In this document: positions 40,708 through 55,670 of the stretch, in pieces
Layout of the letters: the number at the start of each line of letters is the position of its first letter
Numbering within the stretch: the stretch's first letter is position 1
Notes under the pieces: model-generated
Seen by the model: only the letters and a program-made list of their open reading frames with translations
Told to the model about the DNA's origin: nothing
Database searches by the model: none
Translations under genes and position numbers: made by a program
NCBI GenBank assembly: GCA_951406725.2
Contig: OX597825.1
Location: 4,402,001 to 4,466,000, forward strand
Length of the DNA: 64,000 nucleotides
Direction: 5' to 3'
Source: Octopus vulgaris
Lineage: Eukaryota

Positions 40708-42245
40708 GTAGAAGTTTTTAATTTCATTCCCTTCGAAATTGCTCTTAAATATGGCTTTAGGCGATTTGACTGCTCCTTCTAGCATATAAGACGACCTGTT
40801 AAGGGTCACATTTTTTTGTGTTTCAAAGGGGGGAATTGGTTAGGAAAAACTGATTTATATCTTTTTTTTCTTGACCATCCCATAACTTCCCTGAGTAAAG
40901 AGGTGAGCTGTTTAAGGGAAAAGGACATTTGTACCTAAGACCGATCTTTTACAGTAACCTACGTGCTTTCTCCATTTCTATAATCCTCTTACGAAATATT
41001 TTTTTCCGTCGTACAACTCCATCCTACTCACATTAGCTCCTACCGCACTCACATCCGCACATTGGACTTTCTCCATATCTGTCTTTACTTACACATCTAC
41101 ATTGTGGCGATATATTTGTTTTGTGTTTTTAACCACTGTTTTCATTACTAAGAAAGTCTAGCGGCCAAAACGATAGACTCCTCATCTTCCTCATAACACT
41201 AATAGATTTAATTCACTAACTGAGCTATTTGCATTACTCTTCGCCACAACAACAGTTTTTTTTTTCTGGAGTCAATTGTTTTTGTTTTGTTTTTTTACTA
41301 AACAAAACAAAGAAAAGGTGACAACTGATATCAAACATGGAAACAGTTTTCAACGTGATGACACATAAGAATGCCATCGAACTAGAAATGGAAATCTTCT
41401 ATGTGGGTATTTTAGAGATAAAATAGTTTGCTTTACCGTAATATTCAAGAACTTTCGAAGTATGCTGAATTTCCTGGCTTCACTCAATCCAACTACTTCT
41501 AACATTGACGATTATTACATAAGAATCTGATCTGCTATTGACAGCCAGCATATCCAGTGAAAGTATTCATTATACGCTTAAACAAGACTAACCAACGACA
41601 TTCAAGTGTTTCTGAGACTTTTGGTGACGATTCGATCGAACAATAAGCCACGGTTAAGGTGTTTCCCGTAAGACAGTCGAGTAGTAGGCCACAGCAGATA
41701 TATTTATGCCATGTTAATGTGCAAAACACTTCATTCTATGTTAATCATTCATCTATTGTAAGTACCAGATTCTATTTCAAAATTTCCTTGTCATTGACAT
41801 ATGTTAAGTATTCTTTTTAATAGATAATAGATAATCAGACAATGACATAACATATCGGCATTTTAACTCTCTGAGTCCTGAGTGAAAGCAAACCTAAGTC
41901 GCTTTAAATTATAATATTTTAGTTAAAATCGTTTAAACAGCCCGTAGCAGCAAACAGCAGATAATTACACACACACACACGCACGTACACTCACAAAGAC
42001 AAAGAAATATGCATACACAGACACACACGGACACATATATAAATTTATATAAAACATTTACAGGAACTGAATATTTATCACGTGACACGATTTCCGCTTA
42101 CTATGACTAGGATTATATTTATATATTTTGTGTGGGTGTAGTGAGTTATTTCTTCATTGGTTTGCTTCTAACATTTATTGATTGGCTGTTGTTTCTCTGA
42201 ATTTTCATTTTTTGTTTAGGTTATGTATTTTATCATACAGCGTCC

Positions 42246-42287
<42 letters not shown>

Positions 42288-43332
42288 GTCGAACTACTTT
42301 TATATGTTCATTCGCCTGGGGAAAAGTAGGACAAATGCTTATAGATAAGAAGAGGCGTTTAACGTCTATTAAACACTTATGATGTAAAACATGGTGAGTG
42401 GAGTTGAGAGAACATATATACATACATCATGTATTTTCTAGTATCCTTCTTGTGTCAGCATACTATATTAACTAACTATATAAGTAACACTTTCCTCCCT
42501 TGATTTCCATAACCTACATCGATAATCAACCTAATTTTTGTCTATGTTGCCTTTTGTCCAATTTGTCCTCAATGCTTGATTTTAGGCAGCTACAAAAATA
42601 GCTTTCTGTCTCCTTGCTGCAGTCACAACTATGTCTCACTACTAGCATTTTCTGCCACTATCATTGGAAATCTACCATGTGAAGCCTTATCTTGCCTCGT
42701 AGATAATGTAGCTTCTTTTTCCGGATTTAAACTGCATTTGGCGTTTTGTCTCTCTCTAGTTGAATTCATCCCAAGTATGCGACGAATGGAAACGTTAAAC
42801 TCTGAGTGACAGTTTGTGAAGATTTTTGCAGCTTTACTAGTAGCGTATTATTCTACTTTTGCTATTCCAGTAGTATTTTTTTCCACCTCGTGTTGAATCT
42901 ATATGCTTACTTAAGTCTTGGGACCCCAAGCCTATTTTCGATAAAGGTCTAAGGGAGACAATCATTGGCACTGAAACCTCCTTATTTGTCCGCGTGTTCA
43001 ACAACTAGTGACGCGGTATTTTCTTTCTCCGATTTGAAAAGAAGTTATAAACACACATACTTCAAATTCGTTCTTAACTCATTTATTACTATTCATATTT
43101 TATCTCATGTCTATTGGCTGGAAATCTTTCATCACATGTCTGTGAACTCTTCAGCGACGCCTCCCATCCACGTGTATCCCATTGCTCCACTTAGTCCATT
43201 CTGAGAATGATCATTTCGAAATATATCAATATCTGTTTCAACACACGGTTTCACATCAATAATCTTGTAACAGAAATTCCTAAACGTTTATGTGTGTGTG
43301 TGTCTGTGTGTTTGTGTGTATGTGTGTGTGTG

Positions 43333-43371
<39 letters not shown>

Positions 43372-43591
43372 ATGTGTACTTACATATGAAATGTTGTCAT
43401 ACCTACTATATAAAGGTAATAGCTCTACGCTTTAGATAGCCTTAAGACCAAGAAATTTCCAACACCTACATATATATGTGTGTAAGTGTGTATATGGTAT
43501 GTAAGCTTCTTTTCGCACACACATATGTATATGTATAAATGTATACAGTCATATAAAGCTAGATAACATCGAAACAGATGTTAACCGGACG

Positions 43592-44095
<504 letters not shown>

Positions 44096-44527
44096 GAAAC
44101 TTGATGCCTAGACTGCTAGTGAGATAGAGAAATAAATATATATATAGATAGGAATATGTATTCACGCGAATATATATCTACGCATATCGGTAATTATATA
44201 TAAGTCATTTCCAACACACTTATTTGAATTTACTCCCATTTTCTATTATCCTTGTGCTATTCAGTTGATTGAAAATATAACGAAATATTGAATGCGCGTG
44301 TTCCGCGAGCCTTTATGGAAAGCGTATGTATATTTATTCATATATTAATATAATATTGATGGCGGATATCTAATATTTCTATCTAAATATCATCCTAGTT
44401 TATGATCTCCTCAAAATTTATAGCTTGTTTAAGAACAATGGAAATAAACAAAATATTTCCTTTTCGATCGCTGTATTTATTTGGAAATTTATGCATAAAA
44501 ATATGTACATCAATATATATATATATA

Positions 44528-44560
<33 letters not shown>

Positions 44561-45462
44561 GTATTTATATGCATATATATGTATATATATGTATATATAC
44601 ATCGATATATATATATTTGTATGTATATATATATGTATGTATATATGCATACATATATATGTGTGTGTGTGTGTATGTCCGTATATGTGTGGGGGAGCTT
44701 GCCTGAGTGTAAGTATGTCTGGGCATGGACACACACACATATATATAATTGTATGTTATATATATATATAGAGAGAGAGAGAGATAGAGAGAGAGAGAGA
44801 TAGATAGAGAGAGAGAGTGAGAGAGAGATTGTGTATACATATATATGTAATACATAAATATATACATGTACATACATATATATATATATAGAGAGAGAGA
44901 GGGAGAGAGACAGACAGGCATACAGACAGATAGATACAGAGAAAGATAGGTAGATAGATTGGTATGTATGTATGTATCTATCTATCTATGTATGTATGTA
45001 TGTGTACATATTAACTAGATTTGTAAGCATACATACGTGTACAAGCTTTTGCACACACACATAGTTAAAAGACTGAGATTTATCAATCGATGAATAGTCG
45101 CGAATACGCTATATATTCTTTCACGATGTATGTTCGGGTGTATATTTGCGATTCTGTGTGAGGATGAGTTCACGTATGTCTATGTATTCAATTTTAATCA
45201 ACCACAAACTTATGTTCGATAAGTCTAGTGATACACATACACGCACACAAACACACTTTTATCCATTATTATGTATGTAAACTGTATAATTATATCAATA
45301 GATGACCTGAAATATATGTGTAATACATTTATAATACACACATGTGGTGTGTGTATACGCACACACATACATTATATACGTTATTTATATGTTACATATA
45401 TGTATATAGCACATATAATATACGTGTATATATATATGTGTGCATATATATACATATATGTG

Positions 45463-45495
<33 letters not shown>

Positions 45496-45586
45496 TTATG
45501 TATATATATATATATATGATATATACATGTACATGTATATATATATGTATACATATACATATAAGTATATAGATATACATATCCAC

Positions 45587-45617
<31 letters not shown>

Positions 45618-46573
45618 CAGAGAGAGAGGGAAAGAGAGAGAAAGAGAGAGGGAGAGAGAAGGGGAGAGGGAATGAGATATGAATACATAACAGCAAATAT
45701 ATAATCTATCGATATATGAATATGTAAATATATGCGTGTGCGTGTCTGTGTGTGTGTTTTCGTGCGTGCACGCGTTTGTGTGTACACATATGAATTTTAT
45801 ACAAACTTAGGCTCATACATCCTATTACACACACATAGATATGTATCGTGCCTGCATTCATATCTATACGTATATTTCTGTTTGCGTGTTTGTATCACCC
45901 TCAATAGAATTACATTAACTCTATCTATAATATAGATAGAAGCATGTGATATATCTGAAAATAATTACGATTTTCTCATTATACAATGCTATTTCATCCT
46001 TAATTTCTCGTCAGCATTTTATTTTCCTGTCACAGAATTCCTTTTTCTCATCCACCGCTATATATAATTATCACTTTGATTCTAGAAACATCTATTTAGT
46101 TTGTTTGTGTATTGCTTTTGTTGTTTTGTTCCTCTTCTTCTTTTTGCCAATTTTTAATGTTTTTCTCTTGTTTGGATGAATTGCCTTGTCAATAGATGGA
46201 CACGTGAGCATAAATATCCAATTGTTCAAGTATATTAAAGTAACCACGCATAAACACAACGAGCCTCTTGCATAAAACGGATGCATGTATGGGCGAAAAG
46301 TCTTACACACATATGTAGATGTATGAATGTGTATGTACATATATTCATATGTGAGTGTGTATATATATATATATGTGTGTGTGTGTGCGTGTATATATAC
46401 ATATATATATGCACGCCCCATATATATATACATATGTATATCTATACATATATATATATGTATATATATATATATACATATAAATGCTCATATATATGTG
46501 TATATATATGCATATACAATATATAATATATATATATACACGCATAAAATATGTGTATATAAAAACACACACG

Positions 46574-46611
<38 letters not shown>

Positions 46612-46714
46612 AATAAATATATATACATATATATTTATAATTATATATACACACACACGTATACATATAACTATACATATACATATACTCGCATTTCATA
46701 TGCACATTACAAAA

Positions 46715-47570
46715 ATGGCAACGAAGAGGAAAGATGTGTTACCAATGTTCCTGAAGACTAGAGCAAAAGACCAAGAAGTCATGTTGACCCTTTGGAGGGT
46801 CTTCGTTCTCAACCGCCTGGTCTACTACACTCAGCGACGGTCATCACATAACGCTAAACCAGTGTTTCCCAAAGTGGGCGGTATTACCCTTCTGGGGCGG
46901 TGGAAGTTTCAAGGGGCGTTGGAAAAAAGTGGGGCGATAATGTGGTAGCGATTCATGCATAAATAACAAAATAATGGGTTCATTAGATCAAGTTTTATTT
47001 GTGAAATAGCAGTGCTATGAATTGGCTTCAGAAAGAGGTCTATGTTTGTGATGGTTAGTTGAGGGTGGCCTGGGTGTCAAGGAGGGATCAGCCCACAAAT
47101 GTTTCGGAACCACTGCACTAAATTTTTAAGCATTCCGATGCCACTACTTTAAGAAGATTGTAAAAGTGCAGCAAATGAACAACCAGGTGAGTTTGGAAAG
47201 ATTACGACTTTCATAGTACCTAATTTTGAGTGTTATACAAATGCCCGAAGAGGACACCATTGTGTGGTACCATATGTTTCTTCAATCTTATCTAAAGCTA
47301 GGTCCAGGTACTGCTATAGATTAGGGTTCAAAGAACCAGAGTTCTACTATGCCCTGTCAAAAATCGAATAATTCTACACTACTTGGTTTCTACAAAACGA
47401 ACTGAGCATTCTCCTATCCACGAACAAACACCTCGGCATGAGGTAGAGATGAGGGCAGAATTGTCAAGTTCACTCATACTCTGAATGGTCAACCACTAAA
47501 CTGCAAAAACACATGGACGAGTGACGATATGAAATCCCACCGCACTGAAGATATCAACCAAATAATAAGG
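46715..47570 (+). mobile_element. CR1-like LINE 3' fragment interrupted by a hAT MITE
   Basis: KDQEVMLTLWRVFVLNRLVYYTQRRSSHN (~TLYKSLVRPxLEYCSQLWSPH) resumes after 47123 with HYFKKIVKVQQMN..LERLRL and LGFKEPEFYYALSK (~LGFRGPxLFNxLP). Confidence 0.7.
46860..47115. mobile_element. Non-autonomous hAT (Buster/Charlie-like) MITE, 256 bp
   Basis: TIRs CAGTGTTTCCCAAA / TTTCGGAACCACTG. 8-bp TSD CGCTAAAC (46852-46859) and CACTAAAT (47116-47123), with the central TA typical of Buster elements. Confidence 0.85.
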
Positions 47571-47680
47571 ATGAGCAAAGTAGAAAATGAGAGTGAGCTA
47601 CAGCATGACCGCAGAGGCAGTGTTAAAAAGTTAGAGAGAATGTAAGAGTAAAAGCATATCTACGTTTGTGTGTGAGTGTG

Positions 47681-47716
<36 letters not shown>

Positions 47717-47818
47717 GGAGTAAACACATAAATGTGAAACAAGGTGGAAAAAAGAGTACCCAAATACCAGTGGTAGAGTAATATGCTTTATTTAAAGCAG
47801 CAGAAAATTCAACAAAAT

Positions 47819-47856
47819 CTGTTACTCTGAGTTTCTCGTTGCCGTTCATCAGACAG
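47819..47856 (-). ncRNA. Type I hammerhead ribozyme motif within a short repeat (47713-47936) flanked by (TA)n
   Basis: Minus strand CTGT-CTGATGA-A-CG-gcaa-CG-A-GAAA-CTC-a-GAG-TA-ACAG: stem I CTGT/ACAG, stem II capped by a GNRA loop, stem III ACTC/GAGT, GUA triplet. Confidence 0.75.
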
Positions 47857-47932
47857 TTTTTGCTAGAATGGATTTGAGCGACTCTGCACAAGTAGGACGT
47901 TTGACCGACTCTGCACAAGTTGAAAAAGATGG

Positions 47933-47981
<49 letters not shown>

Positions 47982-47987
47982 TATATA

Positions 47988-48151
47988 GGTGGGCTTCTTT
48001 TTGTTTCCGTCTACGGAATCCACTCAGAAGGCTTTTAGTCGGCCTGAAGCTATAGTAGAAGACACTTGCCCAATGTGCCACGCTGTGGGACTGTACTCGG
48101 AACCAAGTATTTGGGAAACAAGCTTCTTATCACACAGGTATGCCTGCGCCT
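47988..48151 (-). mobile_element. SINE family A 5' half
   Basis: GGGCTTCTTT...TTTCCGTCTAC...GCTATAGTAGAAGACACTTGCCCAATGTGCCACG...CCTGCGCCT. Confidence 0.85.
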
Positions 48152-48336
48152 CTGTGTGTGTATGTGTGCGTATGTGTGTGTGTCTATGTGTGTATAACCT
48201 TATGGGAATGTATCTAAATACTAGTCAAGTAATATTGAATGCCAACTAGCGATGCGTATACTTGTAATCATGTATATTCATCCAAATGTTCACTACATTG
48301 ATATTTATATACGGACGTATGTATATATGTATGCAC

Positions 48337-48377
<41 letters not shown>

Positions 48378-48384
48378 TTAATAC

Positions 48385-48454
<70 letters not shown>

Positions 48455-48821
48455 GCATATATATGCATTTATATTTCCGTGTGATTATATGTAAATGTTT
48501 CGAAATCGAATGCATGAAGAAGTATTCATCTGCAGACATGCATTCCAAGAGTATCTGGAATACTTATATACCTACTTAGAAACAATCGTATTTATTTGGA
48601 ATTACGTCAATAGATTTAGCAATACATTTTGAGATATCTTTGATATTTGTTTCATGAAAGTCAAGGATTCCATTGTTCAAATTGCAGTTGTCAAATATAG
48701 TTTGTGGTTTGCAAATGGTGTATTATTCTAGAAATCCAAGGACACGATTACTGTGCATATTTGAATACCTCTATATATGTTAATTTGTAAGTAATTATGT
48801 GTGTGTGAGAGAGAGAGAGAG

Positions 48822-48870
<49 letters not shown>

Positions 48871-49863
48871 GTGTGTGTGTGTGTGAGTGTGTGTTTGTGT
48901 GTGTCTACATACAAGTATTTAAATATTCTATTATATAATGGTAAAAGTATGCGTCACTAATTCTATTTACTTGCCTGAACGTCTAGAAATTTCCATAGAC
49001 TCTTCAAGTCAAGTGCTATAATCTCTTCACAGAATATGAAAGATCTTTCAAGATAAATATGAATGGAAGAAATATTGGTATTTTCTATCGAATATGTCTG
49101 AAAAGAATGCTTTTCTCCCAAACCTTATCACGCAAATTACGTTGAAATAAGCAACATCACTCAGCCCCAATGGAAGTAGCCTGTAATAGTTCCTTATCTT
49201 TGCAAACCCTTTCAATAAACAGAACAAGGCAATCATTTGTTTGTTTTTTTACATTTAAAAGAATAACGCATGAAGTTCGACTTGCGTTTGTGGAAGTCAA
49301 CTGCTAGTCTATTGTAATATCGTACATGGGCGTAACCGCATATAATTTCATAGAATCTCCCTTATAATCGCAAGAAACGAAATACATACAGGCATTCACA
49401 GGCGCACACAATGCGTGTGTGTATTTGAAATACAAGTTAAAAGTACAGTTTGTATAATTCTGTCACTTCTGATAACTTACATTGTGTCTGTTTAAAAATA
49501 TTCAGCACAAACACACTCACACACGCACACATACACACGCACATACACACACGCACACATACACACGCACATACACACACGCACACATACACACGCACAT
49601 ACACACACGCACAGGGGTTAGTTGATCTGGTGTTCAGGCGATAAGATAATACTCTTATTTTGAATCTGTTATTTTGAATCTATAGATATACGTGCGTGTG
49701 GTGAATCTTTGGATGCTCGGCTGGAGGGAGAATACGAGGAAAAACAACACAGAAACAAAAAAAAAACGATACAATTGTATATGAATATTTATAAATGCAT
49801 ATATATATACATACACATACCTCCATACACACATACACACGCACACTCACACACACACATACG

Positions 49864-49896
<33 letters not shown>

Positions 49897-49904
49897 ATAT
49901 ATAC

Positions 49905-49985
<81 letters not shown>

Positions 49986-49986
49986 C

Positions 49987-50074
<88 letters not shown>

Positions 50075-50088
50075 GTATGTGTGTGTTT

Positions 50089-50121
<33 letters not shown>

Positions 50122-50137
50122 GTATGACGTATGTGTG

Positions 50138-50735
50138 TATTACTTAAAATATTGCAATTTATTGCGTTTTTAAATTTTGGAATCTATTTTTTCGACAATT
50201 CTATTTTTGAATTATTTTGGAATCAATTTTAATTCTTTTTTTGTTAATTTATTTAATTTTTGGAAAACGAGCAATTTCGACACCTCCTTCTTCTTTATTT
50301 TAATCAATGTTCTAAGGCCGCAAAAGCTGCTCGTGACATTTGTGCTGTGTATGGAGAGGGTGCCATAGCTGAAAGAACAGCTCGTGATTGACAGCAAATT
50401 CAAAAATAGAAATTTTGACTTCCAATGCGCACCTCGTTCTGGCCGTCCAGTTGAGTTCGAGGAAGAGCGATTAAACCAAATTCTCGTCAAACAACAATGG
50501 ACCTGGAAGGGAATATGGAATACTTCCGCACAGCTATAGTGAAGCATCTTCACTCGATGGGAATGATTCAGAAGTATGGAACATGTGTTCGGCAAAGATC
50601 AACGAGCCACATTCTCTGTTGGTTTGCTTGCTCGTCACTGCTCAACTCATGGACACAAGCAGCGATTTCTTTACCTGTACATCAATATGAAGCAGCATAA
50701 CGAATGGCTTAACCCCGGTAAACAAGCGACACAGC
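50138..50735 (+). mobile_element. Mariner transposon 5' relic
   Basis: ENEQFRHLLLLYFNQCSKAAKAARDICAVYGEGAIAERTARD*..KFKNRNFDFQCAPRSGRPVEF..LYINMKQHNEWLNPGKQ is a mariner N-terminal HTH. Degenerate TIR at about 50138-50172. Confidence 0.85.
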
Positions 50736-50749
50736 AAGTTTCGTCAAAC

Positions 50750-50856
50750 ACCGTTCACATTTCGAGTTATTTTGCACAGACAGACAAACAGACAGACAAA
50801 CAGACAACCCAACGCCGATGAAAACATAACCTCCTTCCTTGGCGGAGATAATAATT
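50750..50856 (-). mobile_element. Non-autonomous Helentron/DINE-like element 5' end
   Basis: Minus strand ATTATTATCTCCGCCAAGGAAGGAGGTTATGTTTTCATCGG followed by a (CTGT)-type tetranucleotide tract, the usual layout of these elements. Confidence 0.5.
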
Positions 50857-51610
50857 AGATGATGGAATATCCTAAAATCTATAGATATGAAACCAGGAAA
50901 CGGATGCATAGATACATTACGGTATATAAGGGTTTCCTTCGTCAGAAGGAAGGATTGGTAGATAACAGTTCACATTGTGGTGCCAGAAATCATAAGGTTC
51001 AATGGAAGAAGACGAATAGACGATTAAAAGGCGGGAAATGGGAGGAAGAATGTAGCTTAGCAGTGATGGAGTGGAGAGGTTGGGGAACAACAAGAGGAGA
51101 TGAGAAGTACAGGGCAGGGAAATGGGGGTGGCGAGGGGAATCGAAAGGAGAAATGAAGGGGTGAGATAGGTCAGCATTGTGAAAGGAGGTACCGTTTGTG
51201 GGGAATATTTTAAGCAGATCTTTAATCAGTCAGGTATGGTTTATGCTACAGAAAAACTTAAGGAAGAGGCAATGAGTTAAGTTGGAAATGAAGGTGGGGT
51301 ACGGGAGAGGAAGAGATTCTAGGAATTAGAGGGAGGTATATGGGAAATTGATAGAGCCGGACTTTGAAACTACAAGGGGTGGGAGCTGGTTACAGATGAA
51401 ACAAAGAACAGGAAAGGTGTGGGGTAGTAGCAGAGGAAAATATGCTGAGGTAAGGAGACAGTAGAAGAAGAATAGAATAGAGAGATAGAAAGAGAATGAG
51501 AAAGTGAAGCAATACATTATAAGCATATCCAAGTCGTAAGTTACGGCTGAATTTTACTGGTTATAGATTTATCCAGGAAGAGGCAACATATATATATATG
51601 TGTGTGTGTG

Positions 51611-51658
<48 letters not shown>

Positions 51659-52510
51659 CATACATATATGCATGTCCATGTATACATACATATATATTTT
51701 TTTCCTAGAAATTGGTGTACGTTTTCATACTCAAAAGAGATGACCACTTTTCTGTATTAGAACATACACAAATTTATATGAAGAATATGTTGTCTAGTTT
51801 GTGGGTGGAATAGAAGATATTTCGAAACCAGACAAATTGTCGATAACGCTTGTAACACATTGAACTCTGCCCCGAAGGACCACATGATAGTTTTAACAAT
51901 GTTACGACCTAAATCGAAATGAATTTGTTTATGCATTCGAAAGAAACATAGAAAATATCATAGAAGATATACACTAAATTTCAGTAATGGTGTAAAGCAA
52001 AATTTGTAGATTGTACATCTTCATATGCAGGTACAAGCTCCGTGTGTCGATGGATGCCCATATCCGCATAAATGTTTGTGTTTAGACACATATTTCTACA
52101 TGGAAATATATATGTGCGATTATCAACGTACATCTATGTATAAAACGATGGCTAACGTTCATTGAAGTATTTGTGAATTCGGATCATATTTGGTAATGTG
52201 CATTTAAATATTACCCTCGGACTCATAGATATCGATTCGTACACATATGCGCAACTGATGTGAGTGTAATGACGGAAGTATAGGAGTAACGTGCCTTGAA
52301 ATAGGCATTGGAATTTCGCAAACATATACATACGCACACTTATTACTTATAAGCAGATATTTGATAACTAGCTCGCTAGCTAGTTAGCTATCTCTATATC
52401 TATCTATCTGTCTATCTATCTATCTATCTATCTATCGATCGATAGATAGATCGATCGATCGATCTGTCTATCTATCGATCATTCAATCTATCAATATTTT
52501 TATCATTATA

Positions 52511-52552
<42 letters not shown>

Positions 52553-52635
52553 TATATATATATACATATATGTAGATATATGTGTGTGAGTGTGTGTCGT
52601 ATGTATGCATGTCTGTGTGCATATATATATATGTA

Positions 52636-52700
<65 letters not shown>

Positions 52701-52726
52701 GTAGATATAGACACAGATATGAATAT

Positions 52727-52757
<31 letters not shown>

Positions 52758-52850
52758 CATATATATTATATGTTATACACTCAAATATATATTATAACGT
52801 GTATTATAGATACATACATATAACATAAATATATATATCGTGTGCTTATA

Positions 52851-52896
<46 letters not shown>

Positions 52897-53234
52897 CTTA
52901 TATATACACAAACGTACATACATACCTATATACATAGATATATACATACATACATGTATGCATGCATACAAACAGACATACATACATACATACATACATA
53001 ATACACACATACATGCAGACAGCCACACAGACAGACATAAACTAGGGAAAAGAACCATACTCGTTCCCTGACTGTACATATGCCAGCTAGATAGATAGAT
53101 GGATATATATTTCAAAAATTGTTAGAAGGATGGATATATAGTTAGATATAAAGATAAAGATAGATCAAGAGATAAACAGATGAGGCAGACAAGCAGATGG
53201 ATAAATAGATAGATAGATAGATAGATATATATAT

Positions 53235-53295
<61 letters not shown>

Positions 53296-54136
53296 TAATT
53301 AGATATATATATATAGATAGATATAGATATAGAGATGGATAGATAGATATATAGATAGATATAGATAGAGAAATAGATAGATCGATATACAGATAGACTG
53401 ATAGACAGATATGTATATATATATCGAGAGAGAGAGAGAAAGAAAGAGAGATACATTGATTCCATGTACGTATAATATGTGTATATAATTATATTTTCAT
53501 ATATTCTTTTCTCTGACCGAATCTCTCAAATGCTCTTTAGGAAATTGATACCGATTACTAAGAACAAAACGTCCAATCTATTTCCTTTTTTCCTCTTTTT
53601 TTTCATTCCGTTCACTTCAAATGTTGATCATATCTTGAAGCGGTTGAAAAGATCGAGCCACGTTAGATGTTTCCTATATTATGTTCGCCATTTAAAATAT
53701 CTTCAGATGTGGTTGTTCTCTTCGTCACAAATGCCTTTATCTCTTGATCTTAAAATGTTAGCTGCAACTATTATACGATCGGATATCGTCTTTACTGTGG
53801 CAGTATCTGTTTTATTGTCTTGCTATTCCCTGCCGTTCTGTTTCTCTATAAGAATTAATGGTGGCTTGATGAAAACAACGCATTAAAGATCAGAGAAATA
53901 AAATCGAACTTCAAACAATTGAAATCGTTATTGAGAAAGGAAATATTTCATTGTTCTCTGCATAAGTTCCGACTGTTTGAGTTAGAGAGAATGTCTTTAT
54001 GCCAAGGTAATTATCCAGCCGAAATAGCCTCCAATTTAACAGCTCATGGTTTCAATTCGCCAACATTCGCTATGAACTTACAACATCCGGCATTATTGAC
54101 AGGGAAGCACATGTACTGCACAATATCGGAATACAC

Positions 54137-54611
<475 letters not shown>

Positions 54612-54637
54612 GTATCATAACTATCGATATTATTATT

Positions 54638-55670
54638 GAGGCTGGCAGAAACTTTAGAACGCTGGACGAAATGCTTAGCGGTATTACGCCCGTCGCTACA
54701 TTCTGAGTTCAAATTTCGCCAGGGTCGACTTTGCCTTCCATCCATTTCCGTGTCGATAGATTAAGTACCAAGGTCTGTAGTCGATGTGACTGACTATCCC
54801 CCTCCCCAAATATTGCTAACTTACCCCATTCCCCGAATTTGCTTTCCTTGTGCCAAATTTTAAAATCATTATCATTGCAGCTTTTGTTGTTGTTGTTGTT
54901 TAAATTAGGACAATGTCGACTTCGCCTTTCATCCTTTAGAGATCGATAAAATAAGAGTTACTTGATCACCGGGGTCGATGTAATCGACTTGCCCTCTCAC
55001 TTTAAAGCCATTATAAAGTCGGTTCGCAGGCAGAACCTTTATCGCGCTTAGTGGCAAATACTTACAACTCTTTAATTTCTGAATTCAAATATCACCGAGG
55101 TCGACTTGGCATTTTCTTCTTTTGTTGTCGATAAACTCTATACCAGTAGAGCAGTAAGAATCGATATAATCGATTAACAATTGAAGCAATTATTGCTGAT
55201 TTTTCCTTTTTTTATTGTCGATTGAGTGTGCTAAATTAGCGGAGTCAGGAGGAAAAGAAAAATTATGAGGAGCAATATTATGCTTTAATGTTATGGGTTC
55301 AAATCCCTATGGATCCAGTTCGTCTTTTATCCGTTTAAGATCAATAAAACAGAAGGAAGTACCAGAATCGTTATAATCTTCTATTATTACTGATAATTAT
55401 TGCCGTTGTGTAAATCTAAAAGATTATAAACATTGTCTACTAAATGCGATGGATTGGTAGAATTGATAGCTCACCAGACAGAATACAATATTGTATGAAC
55501 GTAATTTTTACTGCTGTTCCAATTCCAAATACCACTGGTATCGACTATTCATATAAATATTTAAACTGTTGAGTTTGATAAATCAAATTTCGATTTATAG
55601 TCTTGGGTGTTTAAATCCGACGTCTCCTTACAACTCTTTGTTGCTTTGTGTCTCAGTTTCAAACGACTAA
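54638..55670 (+). mobile_element. Head-to-tail cluster of about 5 SINE family B copies
   Basis: Recurring landmarks (GGCAGAA, GTTCAAAT, GTCGACTT, GATAAA, GTCGATGTAATCGA) in copies starting near 54638, 54914, 55015, 55225 and 55443. Confidence 0.7.

Noticed and set aside
41145-41180. CTAAGAAAG..GGCCAAAACGATAG as a hammerhead
   Set aside because: Both core halves are mutated; not distinguishable from chance.
54638-55670. Regularly recurring motifs as a CRISPR-like array
   Set aside because: Units are degenerate SINE copies of about 200 bp, not short identical repeats with unique spacers. Eukaryotic context, no cas genes.
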